Source of the DNA: Pirellulales bacterium
GTDB taxonomy: Bacteria; Planctomycetota; Planctomycetia; Pirellulales; JAICIG01
Reading direction: 5' to 3'
Length of the DNA stretch: 64,000 nt
Assembly (NCBI GenBank): GCA_040901675.1
Contig: JBBDYJ010000001.1
Location: 139,618-203,617 of the forward strand
Shown here: one piece after another, positions 53,842 to 63,012 of the stretch
Numbering within the stretch: position 1 is the first letter of the stretch
Layout of the letters: every line of letters starts with the position of its first letter
Position numbers and translations under genes: made by a program
The notes under the pieces: generated by a model
Databases searched by the model: none
What the model was told of the DNA's origin: nothing
Seen by the model: the letters and a program-made list of their open reading frames with translations, nothing else

Positions 53842-54558
53842 TTATTCGGCCGCATCGCCTCGCCGGAGCGAATCGAGTTGGTCTCGCAGCCCGGCGATCT
53901 CGTCGTCCTTTGCGGCAAGAGCTTCGTCTTTCGCTGCAAGGGCTTTGTTTTTTGCTGCAAGGGCTTCCTCCGGTGTTTGCAGCCATGCACTGGTCGCCGG
54001 ATTCGAGACGCGCAAGTCGTCGCCGGCGGTTTCGAACTCCAGCGAGAGGACTTCGCTGGGCAGCCGCCCGGCCACTTGTTTTATGCGCACGTACTGACAC
54101 CGCTGGAGTCGATAGCCCTGGAGCTTGGGACGCAGGTACTCCCCATAAGGATCGAACAGAAAGTACTCCTGAACCCGCAGCGTATCGCGGTACAGCCGGT
54201 ATTTCGTCTCCAGGTCTTCCTTTTTTGTGGAGGGGCTGGTGATTTCGATGATTAGTTGCGGCGCGAAGCCTTCCTCCCAGACGAGATAATAGTCACGCTG
54301 CTTGTCCTTGGGGATGCCCTTGACGACAAAGACATCGGGCGCTACGTGCCTGTTCTTGTCGCCGGGCACATAGTACATCAGGTTGTTGCCCGATACGTAC
54401 ACTTGCGGGTCGTCGGCGAACCAGGTCCGCAACACCCCGATCAGATTGGTCAAGTTCCGCCCATGCGTTGGGGTCTCTGCCATGGGGCGGCCGTCTCCAC
54501 TGGCGTACTCGGTCTGGGCACGAAGAGACGGTCCGGTTGGATGAGATGTCGTCGCCAT
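53842..54558 (-). CDS. Uma2-family (DUF820) putative endonuclease
   Basis: DGRPMAET..H, VAPDVFVV, IIEITSPST..ED...K..LY, EYFLFDP; coiled-coil tail. Confidence 0.9.
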   Translation of the reverse strand: MATTSHPTGPSLRAQTEYASGDGRPMAETPTHGRNLTNLIGVLRTWFADDPQVYVSGNNLMYYVPGDKNRHVAPDVFVVKGIPKDKQRDYYLVWEEGFAPQLIIEITSPSTKKEDLETKYRLYRDTLRVQEYFLFDPYGEYLRPKLQGYRLQRCQYVRIKQVAGRLPSEVLSLEFETAGDDLRVSNPATSAWLQTPEEALAAKNKALAAKDEALAAKDDEIAGLRDQLDSLRRGDAAE

Positions 54559-54682
54559 GATTGTGAGCGAACCCTCGAGAGCCACGCAACAACACTGTTA
54601 TCAACTTTACGGTTGCCGCGGCCCAATGTCCACCTGACGAACGGGCGAATACTCTCCGCAAAGCAGCCGTTTCCGGCCCTTT

Positions 54683-55453
54683 TCAGATGCCGAACAGCCG
54701 GCGGGCGTTGGCGGTCGTCTCGGCGGCAAAATCGGGCAGCAGCCGCCCGCGCAGCTCGGCCAGGCACGCCGCCGTATGGACCAGGTGCGACGGTTCGTTG
54801 CGGCGGCCGCGCAGCGGATGTGGCGACAAGTAAGGGCTGTCGGTCTCGATCAGAATCCGGTCGGCCGGGATGCCGGCGGCCACGGCCCGCAGCGCATCCG
54901 ACTTCTTGTACGTGACCATTCCCGCAAAACTGATATAGAGCCCCAACTCAATGCACTCGGCCGCCGTTTCAGCGCTGCCGGTGAAGGAGTGCATCACGCC
55001 GGCCAGCGGGCCGCGCAAACGCGCCTCGTGGAGCATCGCCAGCACGTCGTCGTCGCTGTCGCGGGTGTGTACGATGAACGGCAGGCCCCGTTCTTGCGAC
55101 AGCCGCAAGTGCCTGTCGAAATAGTCGCGCTGCACGTCGAGCGGCGTGTAATCCCAGTACCGGTCGAGGCCCGTCTCGCCCAGCGCCACGACCTCGGCAC
55201 GAGAAGCCAGCTCGATCACGCGCTGCCAGTCGCCGTCGCCCGCCTGGGCGCAATAGTTCGGTTGGATGCCGACCGACGCGAACAATCCCTGGTGAACCGA
55301 AGCCAATTCGACGCACGCCCGGCTGGAGTCGGCGGTCGTTGCCACCGCCATGGCGTACATCACTCCGGCCTCGCGGGCGCGGGCCAATACAGCCTCCAGA
55401 TCGCCGGCGAACTCCTCCTGGTCCAAGTGAGCGTGGCTGTCGAAGAGTTCCAT
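54683..55453 (-). CDS. tatD: TatD-family hydrolase
   Basis: DSHAHL, GETGLD, VHTRD, HSFTG, ETDSPYL. Confidence 0.92.
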   Translation of the reverse strand: MELFDSHAHLDQEEFAGDLEAVLARAREAGVMYAMAVATTADSSRACVELASVHQGLFASVGIQPNYCAQAGDGDWQRVIELASRAEVVALGETGLDRYWDYTPLDVQRDYFDRHLRLSQERGLPFIVHTRDSDDDVLAMLHEARLRGPLAGVMHSFTGSAETAAECIELGLYISFAGMVTYKKSDALRAVAAGIPADRILIETDSPYLSPHPLRGRRNEPSHLVHTAACLAELRGRLLPDFAAETTANARRLFGI

Positions 55454-55491
55454 GGAGGCCAATCCCCGCCGGCGCTCCGCCGAAGGACGAT

Positions 55492-56007
55492 CTAAACGAC
55501 AGCCGTCTGCCGGCTGTCCGCTGCCCCGTGTCCCCTGTCTCCTTGGTTCGGCCCCTGCTGCCCGTCGGTCGCCTGTCGCCTGTCCCCTGCCCGGATCAGC
55601 GACTCGATGGCTTCCATGTGAGCACGCTCGCTGCCCAAGGTCTCTTCGGCCAGATCGTGAGCCCGCCGGTGGTCCGACAGCTCCCGCACCAGCATCGCGA
55701 GCTCCGCGATGTTCCGCCGCTGATGGCGAAGCAACTCCTTGATGAGATAGTCCAGCGACAAGAAGTGCGCGTCGGTGAACTCCATCGGATACTCACCCGG
55801 CTCGATGCGGCCATTCAGCTCGAGAATCAACTCGGCGATTCGTTTGGCCATGGCCTGCTGATCGGCCATGATGTCGTCGAGCACGGCCGCCGCCTTGTCG
55901 TCCCCCGGGCCGGTCCAGGGGGCGGCATCGGTCAAGTAGATGGGAAACGAACGGTACTCCAGCGTGAGCAGCCGGTTCAACCCGTCGATGATTCGGCCTT
56001 GGCTCAT
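55492..56007 (-). CDS. Ferritin-like four-helix-bundle protein
   Basis: LNRLLTLEY, LAELIL.L.G, SERAH; helical pattern; low-complexity tail. Confidence 0.65.
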   Translation of the reverse strand: MSQGRIIDGLNRLLTLEYRSFPIYLTDAAPWTGPGDDKAAAVLDDIMADQQAMAKRIAELILELNGRIEPGEYPMEFTDAHFLSLDYLIKELLRHQRRNIAELAMLVRELSDHRRAHDLAEETLGSERAHMEAIESLIRAGDRRQATDGQQGPNQGDRGHGAADSRQTAVV

Positions 56008-56019
56008 CGCGTGTTCACC

Positions 56020-57762
56020 CTAGGAGAGCAGATGGTCGGCCGCCAGACGCGCCCATCGATTCAGCGGCTCGAACGAGACGCCCAGCACGATCACGGGCAA
56101 CGTAATCAAGGCCACGTAGATTCCCGCCGGCGACCACATCGAGAAACTCGCCGGCAGCCGGCCTGCCGGCTCCGGATCGAGCGTCATTACCTTGACTACC
56201 CGCAAGTAGTAGAAAAGGCTCAAGGCGGTGTTCAATCCACCGATGACCAGCAGCGACAGCAGTTCGGCCGGCACCAGGTATGCAAATACAAAAAGCTTGG
56301 CGGGGAAACCGGCCAGCGGCGGTAAACCGATCAGGCTGAACAGGATCAACGACAAGGCAACTGCAACGCCCGGGCTGCGGTGAATCAATCCTCCGTAGTC
56401 CGCGATCTCCTCGCTTCGGATGGTGTTGCGCAGGAAAGCCACGATGGCGAACGCTCCCAGGTTCATGAACAGGTACACGCCGGCGTAAAACGCCAGTGAC
56501 GCGATCGCTTCTTCCGCCAGCTCGATGTCCTTGCCGATCAAGGCCACCGCCGCCGCCACGGGCATCATCAGGTAGCCCGCATGCGCGATCGTCGAGTACG
56601 CCAGCAGCCGCTTCATGTTCGTCTGGTTATAGGCCGCCAGGTTGCCGAAGGTGCACGTCACGGCCGCCAGCAAGCCGATCAGCCCGACCAGGAAGCGGCG
56701 GACCGGGGCCAGCCGCTCGACTGCGTTCTGAGGCGCAGCATCGCTGTCTGGAACATTGCTGTCTGGATCGCTGTCTGGAGCATCGCTGCCGGGCAGAGCA
56801 TCGCGTGCTTGCGGCACGACCAGCGGCCGCTTCTCGAGTGCCCGGTAGGCGGCCGAGTGCGCCACGGGGGCCTGGGCCGTTCGCGGTTCGCCGACGAAGC
56901 CGAAGCCCAACGCCAGGCGGGCCAGCAGGGCCAGGGCGGCCGCCTTGGACGCCACCGACAGGAACGCGTTCACCTCGGCACTGGCCCCCTCGAAGACGTC
57001 GGGGCACCAGAAATGAAAAGGCACGGCCGACAGCTTGAAGGCCACTCCCACCATCACCATCAGTCCGCCCATCAACAGCACGGTCTGCCGCTCGGCCAGC
57101 GCCTCGGCGGGCAGCGAGGCCAGTTGCATCGCCATGGTCGGGATGTGGACGGACCCGAGCGCCCCGGCCAACAGGCTGATGCCGTACAGCATCACGCCGG
57201 CCGTGCCCGCGCCGTAAACCACGTACTTGAGAGCCGCCTCACTGCTCTGCCGGCGCCCCTTGAGCATGCCGGCCAGTGCATAGGAGGGGACGCTGGCCAT
57301 CTCGACGCCCAAAAAGACCATCACCATATGGTTGGCCGAGGCCATCAGGCACATCCCCACGATGCCGCCCAGAACCAGCGTGTAAAAGTCGGGGCTGTCC
57401 TCGCGGTCGGGAATACCTGATATCCGCGTAAACACCAGGAACAAACAAGCGAACACCAACAGCAGGCTGCGGAAGAAGACGGTCAGCTCGTCGTAGACCA
57501 GCATGCCGGTAAAGATGGGCGCGGTGAAGTCGGCCGATTCCCGCAGCCCCGGCAGCAGCCGCCAGGGCGCCGCAAAGTACAGCGCCGCCAGGCAGCCGGG
57601 CAAGGCAATCCAGACCGTATTGATCCGCCGGCCGAAAGCCGGCAGCCGTGCCAACAGCATCAGCACGATCGTGGCGCAAAGGACCAATTCGGGCATAAAG
57701 CCCGGCAGCGACACCCGCAGCGTGTCGTGGATCAGGTGATCGAGCAGTTCCTGAAAATTCAC
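56020..57762 (-). CDS. nuoN: NADH-quinone oxidoreductase subunit N
   Basis: SSEAALKY, FKLSAVPFHFWCPDVFEG, KRLLAYSTIAHAGY. Confidence 0.95.
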   Translation of the reverse strand: MNFQELLDHLIHDTLRVSLPGFMPELVLCATIVLMLLARLPAFGRRINTVWIALPGCLAALYFAAPWRLLPGLRESADFTAPIFTGMLVYDELTVFFRSLLLVFACLFLVFTRISGIPDREDSPDFYTLVLGGIVGMCLMASANHMVMVFLGVEMASVPSYALAGMLKGRRQSSEAALKYVVYGAGTAGVMLYGISLLAGALGSVHIPTMAMQLASLPAEALAERQTVLLMGGLMVMVGVAFKLSAVPFHFWCPDVFEGASAEVNAFLSVASKAAALALLARLALGFGFVGEPRTAQAPVAHSAAYRALEKRPLVVPQARDALPGSDAPDSDPDSNVPDSDAAPQNAVERLAPVRRFLVGLIGLLAAVTCTFGNLAAYNQTNMKRLLAYSTIAHAGYLMMPVAAAVALIGKDIELAEEAIASLAFYAGVYLFMNLGAFAIVAFLRNTIRSEEIADYGGLIHRSPGVAVALSLILFSLIGLPPLAGFPAKLFVFAYLVPAELLSLLVIGGLNTALSLFYYLRVVKVMTLDPEPAGRLPASFSMWSPAGIYVALITLPVIVLGVSFEPLNRWARLAADHLLS

Positions 57763-57828
57763 GTCTGCCTGCCTTCGCTGCGTTTTAGCCCCGGGCCCCT
57801 GCCGCCACCGGCCGCGGCAACAAAATCG

Positions 57829-59637
57829 TTATCGCTGGCCCCTGGATGCCACTCGTTTAGCTCCGCCTTCGGTACTCGCCGTCGGCGCCTGGTTGATTGA
57901 AAGCCTGCTTGCCCCCCGCTGCCCCGATTCCTTGACGTCGCGGGTCCAGTCCGCCAGCTCTTGCACCGTCTTGTTCACACTGGGCGTCATGTAGTTGAAG
58001 AGCGACTGCGGCAACACGCCGAACCAGATCGCAAACGCCAGCAGGGGCGCGGCGATAGCGACCTCCCGGCCGGTGATGGGCGTGATGCGATCTCCGTGCG
58101 GCCCGCGGTATTCCGCTCCCAAATACACCCGCTGCAACGTCCACAAAATGTAGGCGGCCGTCAGGATGACCGTGGCTGCCGCTACCACCGCCATCGCCTT
58201 GGAGTAGCTCCAGACGCTCAGCGTCACAAAGAACTCGCCGATGAACCCGCACAGGCCGGGCAGCCCCAAGCCGGCAAAGAAAATGCCGAACGCCAGCCCG
58301 CTGTAGAGCGGCGAGCGGCCGAACAGCCCCCCGAACTCATCGAGATTGCGATGGTGGACCCGGTCGTAAATCACCCCGACCATGAAGAACATGCCGGCCG
58401 AGCTGATCCCGTGGGCAATCATCTGGAACATGGCGCCGTTCATGCCCATGGCCCAGTAGTCGGGGTTGTAGTTCGTGCTGGCGGTGGCGGTCCACACGCC
58501 GATGCCCAGCAGCACGTAGCCCATGTGGCTGACGGAGCTGTAAGCCACCAGCCGCTTGAAGTCCTTCTGCGCCAGGGCGGCAAAGGCGCCGTACACCATG
58601 CTCAAGACCCCGATGCCCGTCACCACGTAGGCCAGGTCGTAGGCCGCGTCGGGACAGATCGGATAGCAGATGCGGATGATGCCGTAGCCGCCCATCTTCA
58701 GGAGGATGCCCGCCAGGATCATCGAGATTGGCGTAGGCGCCTCGACGTGCGCGTCGGGCAGCCAGGTGTGCAGCGGCACAATCGGGATCTTGATGGCAAA
58801 GCCGATGAACAACAGCACGAAGGCCCACCATTGTAGCGACCTGCCCCATAGCAGCTCCGCGTCGAACAGGTCCGTGTGCTGGCCCATCTTGGACAGTGCC
58901 AGGATGTTGAAGGTGTGGATCGGGTTGTCGCCCGGCTCTCTTACCGCGCGGGTCACGTCGGCATGCAGGTGCAGGTCGTCCCACGCGACGGCCCGCGAAC
59001 CGCCCGGCAGGTCGCTTTGGGCGGCCAGAGCCCGCAGGTCGCTGTTGAAATAAAGGATCAGGATGGCGATCAGCATCAGCACGCTGCCCACCAGCGTGTA
59101 GAGAAAGAACTTGATCGCCGCGTATTCGCGGCGCGGGCCGCCCCACACGCCGATCAGGAAGTACATCGGCAACAGCATGACTTCCCAGAAGACGTAGAAC
59201 AGAAAGAAGTCCAGGGCCATGAAGACCCCGATCATGCCCGTCTCCAAGAGCAGGTACAGGATGCAATAGGCCTTCACGTGCTTGGTGATGTTCCAACTGG
59301 CCCCCATGGCCAGCATGCTCAAGAACGACGTCAGCAGCACCAGCGTGAAGCTGATGCCGTCGATCCCCATGAAATAGAAGATGTTGAACGACGGTATCCA
59401 GTCGATCGAGAAGGCGTCCTGCATGCCCGCCGCTCCCAGCTCGAACCGCGGCGTCGCCACGCCTTCGGGCGAAGGCACCGCCATGTACACCGTCAGAAGG
59501 AAAACCAACACCGTGACCACCAGGCTGAACAGCTTGATGGCCTCCGGCTTCTCCTTCGGAAAGAGCAACAGCACCAGCGCCCCCAGCGCGGGCAGAAACA
59601 CGACCAGGCTCAACAGGAGAACGTATTGCGATTGCAT
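57829..59637 (-). CDS. nuoM: NADH-quinone oxidoreductase subunit M
   Basis: FYVFWE, WLPDAHVEAP, LLKMGGYG, AYSSVSHMG; start at ATG 59637. Confidence 0.95.
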   Translation of the reverse strand: MQSQYVLLLSLVVFLPALGALVLLLFPKEKPEAIKLFSLVVTVLVFLLTVYMAVPSPEGVATPRFELGAAGMQDAFSIDWIPSFNIFYFMGIDGISFTLVLLTSFLSMLAMGASWNITKHVKAYCILYLLLETGMIGVFMALDFFLFYVFWEVMLLPMYFLIGVWGGPRREYAAIKFFLYTLVGSVLMLIAILILYFNSDLRALAAQSDLPGGSRAVAWDDLHLHADVTRAVREPGDNPIHTFNILALSKMGQHTDLFDAELLWGRSLQWWAFVLLFIGFAIKIPIVPLHTWLPDAHVEAPTPISMILAGILLKMGGYGIIRICYPICPDAAYDLAYVVTGIGVLSMVYGAFAALAQKDFKRLVAYSSVSHMGYVLLGIGVWTATASTNYNPDYWAMGMNGAMFQMIAHGISSAGMFFMVGVIYDRVHHRNLDEFGGLFGRSPLYSGLAFGIFFAGLGLPGLCGFIGEFFVTLSVWSYSKAMAVVAAATVILTAAYILWTLQRVYLGAEYRGPHGDRITPITGREVAIAAPLLAFAIWFGVLPQSLFNYMTPSVNKTVQELADWTRDVKESGQRGASRLSINQAPTASTEGGAKRVASRGQR

Positions 59638-59651
59638 GGCAAGCCCAAGGG

Positions 59652-62054
59652 TTATCGCGCCGAGGCGAAATTGATCAAAACGGTCAGGGCCACGGTCCCA
59701 ATCACGATCAGCATCACGTATTGCCGCAAGCGGCCGGTCTGCACGCTCCGCAGCGAGTTGCCCAGCGACCAGGTCCAGGCGGCAAACACGTTCACCGACT
59801 GGTCCACCAAATAGCGGTCGATCAGGTCGTCGAAGTCGGCCAGCCGGCGCGTCCAACGCGCCGAGCCGTGAATCAGGCCGTCGATCACCCCCTTATCGAA
59901 GGCCGCCACCGCGCCGGCCGCCAGGTGCACCGGCCGCACGAACAGGACCTGGTAAAGCTCGTCGAAATGCCATTTATTCCAGAGCAAGTTGTAGAGCGGC
60001 CTGAACTGTTGCCGCGCCTCGGCCGGATCCAGCAGGCGCACGCCGTAAAACAGCACGGCCAGCAAAAAGCCGCCCAGGGCCGTGGCGCTGGCCACCAGCG
60101 TGGCCAGCAGGTGCACGTCGGCAGCGTGGCTGGCGTGCTCGTCGGGATAGACCAGGCCGGGCAGCAGCAGCCCCTGCCCCAGCTCGCCGGCGGGACGCGC
60201 CTGTTCGAGCAGGCTCACCACGCCCAGCCACGGCCAGCCGACCGCTACCGCGAAGACAGCCAGCACGACCAAAGGCACGTACATGATCGGAGGCGATTCG
60301 TGGGCGTGCTCGTGAACGTGGCGATCGCGCGGCTCGCCGGTAAACGTCATGAACCAGAGGCGGAACATGTAGAAGGCCGTGACGGCCGCGCCGCCGGCAG
60401 CCACGGCAAACAGCACGCCTCCCGGCGTCGGGTTGAGATTCCAGAACGACAGCGCCTGCGCGATGATCGCGTCTTTGGAGAAAAACCCGCTGAACAACGG
60501 CGCCCCGATGATCGCCAAACAGCCCACCAGCATCGTGTAGGCCGTCCAGGGCATTATCTTGCGGAGCCCGCCCATGCGGGTGATGTCGTTGGTGTGGCAG
60601 GCATGGATCACCGAGCCGGAGCACAAGAACAGCAGGCTCTTGAAGAAAGCGTGCGTGATCAGATGGAACAGGCCGGCCGCCCAGCCGCCCAGCCCCAGGG
60701 CCAGCATCATGTAGCCCAACTGGCTGACGGTCGAGTAAGCCAGCACTCGCTTGATGTCGACGGCCGTGATGGCAATCGAGGCGGCCAGCAACAGCGTGAT
60801 CGCGCCGATCACGGCGATCACCAGCAGCACCTCGGGCGCGAACACGGGGTAGAACCGGCCCACCAGGTACACGCCCGCGGCCACCATCGTTGCCGAGTGG
60901 ACCAGGGCGGACACGGGCGTCGGCCCTTCCATGGCATCGGGCAGCCAGACGTGCAGCGGGAACTGCGCGCTTTTGCCGACGCAGCCGCAGAAGATGCCGA
61001 TTCCAGCCACCACCAGCAGCCAGTAACCGTGGCCCTGCTCGCGCCAGGACACGACGCGCGCCAGGATCTCCGACTCGGCGGCCGCCGGGTTGCGCGGATG
61101 GTCGCGCACCACTTCGGCCGCCAACTCGGCGGCGGACGCGCGGACCATGCCCGCCGGCGCCTCGAGCCGATAGCCGTTCTCGGCCGACCGCACCTGGCTG
61201 AAGATGCCCTGGCGGCCATCCACGTCGCCGAAGGCGAACGTGCCCAGGCTCGCCCACAGCGCCATCATTCCGACGATCATGCCGAAGTCGCCGATCCGGT
61301 TGACGATGAAAGCCTTGTTGGCGGCGTTCGTCGCGCTTTTGCGCTCGATGTAGAAGCCGATCAGAAAGTACGAACAGATCCCCACCAGCTCCCAGAACAC
61401 GAACACCATGGCGACGTTGCCGGCCACCACCAGCCCCAGCATGCTGAACGAGAACAGCGACATGTACTGGAAAAAACGGTGGAACCGCCCAGGCCGGTGC
61501 AAATGGCGCCCGTCGGAAAGCGTCACTTCGTGATCGACGACCTCGTCGAGCTCGTCGTGCATGTAGCCGATGGAATAGAAGTGAATGCAAGTGGCAATCG
61601 CCGTGACCATGGCGAACATGCCGATCGTCAGGGCGTCGATGTAGTAGCTCACCGTGATAGCCAGCGCGCCGAATCGGCCCAGCGTGTACCAATCGCCCGT
61701 GTAATGCCGGGGGGGCCCTGCCTGTGCCTGGTGCTCGGCGGCCGATGCATGGTCGCCTGCATGCTCCTTCGCCTCGCCGGCGTGCCCGCCCGCCGTGGCC
61801 TCGTGCGGCGCCGACGCCACGGCCCCATGCTCGCCCCGCGGTCCGCTCGCTTCGGCCGGCGAGCTGAAAACCCAGATTCCCAGCGCCACCACCGACGCGA
61901 CCAGCGATCCCAGGATGGCGCCCGTCGCCACGTAACTCGCCATGACGCCGGCCCTGCCCATCCGCGGGCCCACCAGCACGATCAGCGCAAACGAGGCGAG
62001 CGGCAGCAGCCACGCCAGTCCCAGCAGAATAGGCAGAAACGTAGCCGTGTCCAT
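59652..62054 (-). CDS. nuoL: NADH-quinone oxidoreductase subunit L
   Basis: KSAQFPLHVWLPDAMEGPTPVSALVHSATMV, HAFFKSLLFL. Confidence 0.96.
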   Translation of the reverse strand: MDTATFLPILLGLAWLLPLASFALIVLVGPRMGRAGVMASYVATGAILGSLVASVVALGIWVFSSPAEASGPRGEHGAVASAPHEATAGGHAGEAKEHAGDHASAAEHQAQAGPPRHYTGDWYTLGRFGALAITVSYYIDALTIGMFAMVTAIATCIHFYSIGYMHDELDEVVDHEVTLSDGRHLHRPGRFHRFFQYMSLFSFSMLGLVVAGNVAMVFVFWELVGICSYFLIGFYIERKSATNAANKAFIVNRIGDFGMIVGMMALWASLGTFAFGDVDGRQGIFSQVRSAENGYRLEAPAGMVRASAAELAAEVVRDHPRNPAAAESEILARVVSWREQGHGYWLLVVAGIGIFCGCVGKSAQFPLHVWLPDAMEGPTPVSALVHSATMVAAGVYLVGRFYPVFAPEVLLVIAVIGAITLLLAASIAITAVDIKRVLAYSTVSQLGYMMLALGLGGWAAGLFHLITHAFFKSLLFLCSGSVIHACHTNDITRMGGLRKIMPWTAYTMLVGCLAIIGAPLFSGFFSKDAIIAQALSFWNLNPTPGGVLFAVAAGGAAVTAFYMFRLWFMTFTGEPRDRHVHEHAHESPPIMYVPLVVLAVFAVAVGWPWLGVVSLLEQARPAGELGQGLLLPGLVYPDEHASHAADVHLLATLVASATALGGFLLAVLFYGVRLLDPAEARQQFRPLYNLLWNKWHFDELYQVLFVRPVHLAAGAVAAFDKGVIDGLIHGSARWTRRLADFDDLIDRYLVDQSVNVFAAWTWSLGNSLRSVQTGRLRQYVMLIVIGTVALTVLINFASAR

Positions 62055-62398
62055 CAGCCCTTCAATTCGTCGGCCCGGTCGACGTCGACCGTGGCATGGT
62101 TGTTGTAAAAGTTCAACGTAATGGCCAGGGCCACGGCGGCCTCCGCGGCGGCCAGCACGATCACGAACAAGGCGATCAACTGCCCGTCGAGACCAAGCGA
62201 AAGACCGCCCTCCCGGTAGAGAAAATCGCTCGACATCGCCACGAAGTTCACGTTCGCTCCGTTGAGCACAAGCTCGATGCCCATCAGCACGCCCAGCGCA
62301 TTGCGCTTGGCGGCCATGCAGACCACCCCCGACACGAACATAATCGCTCCCACGACCATGAAGTGCGACACGCCGACGGGTTCAGCCAGCAGGTTCAT
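62054..62398 (-). CDS. nuoK: NADH-quinone oxidoreductase subunit K
   Basis: LMGIELVLNGANVNF, LAAAEAAVALA; start at ATG 62398. Confidence 0.95.
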   Translation of the reverse strand: MNLLAEPVGVSHFMVVGAIMFVSGVVCMAAKRNALGVLMGIELVLNGANVNFVAMSSDFLYREGGLSLGLDGQLIALFVIVLAAAEAAVALAITLNFYNNHATVDVDRADELKG

Positions 62399-63012
62399 CC
62401 CAATTGCCTCGCGTTGCTTGCCCGCCGCTTGGTTCGAGCCAGGTATGCCGCGCCGATCAACACCACCAGCAGGTGGACCGATACGATTTCGAACGGGAGC
62501 AGGTAGCCCGACATCCCGTCCTTCAAGTGCTCCGGCCGCTCTTCGAGCCGATCCACGCGAGCTCCCAACAGTCCCATGCCCAGCCGCGTGGCCGTATCGT
62601 GTTGCACCAGGTCGGCCGGGGGGGCATCGGCGCGGCTCGCGCCGCGACCGCGCCAGTCGGGCACGCTGAAGGCCGCCGGTATCAGAAAAGCGAGCAGGCA
62701 CCCGGAAAGCAGAAAGGCCACGATCCAATCGCCGCCGCTGGTCTTCATCGAAATAAACGGTCCCTGGGCCGTCAGCATCACGCCGAAGATCAAAAGCACC
62801 AGCGTGCCGCCGACGTAAATCAGCAACTGCATGGCCCCCACGAAGTCGGCCCCGGCCAGAAAGAACAGGCCCGACGTCGCCCCCAGCGACATGATCAGGT
62901 ACAAGGCCATCCGCACGATGTTGCTGGTGATCACGACCGCCACCGCGAACGCGCAGGCCAACCCGGCAAACAACAGAAAGAAAAACGTGTGCCAGTTCGG
63001 TTCCACGGTCAC
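62395..63012 (-). CDS. nuoJ: NADH-quinone oxidoreductase subunit J
   Basis: QLLIYVGG, YLLPFEIVS; GTG start overlapping the nuoH stop (GTGA). Confidence 0.93.
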   Translation of the reverse strand: MTVEPNWHTFFFLLFAGLACAFAVAVVITSNIVRMALYLIMSLGATSGLFFLAGADFVGAMQLLIYVGGTLVLLIFGVMLTAQGPFISMKTSGGDWIVAFLLSGCLLAFLIPAAFSVPDWRGRGASRADAPPADLVQHDTATRLGMGLLGARVDRLEERPEHLKDGMSGYLLPFEIVSVHLLVVLIGAAYLARTKRRASNARQLG

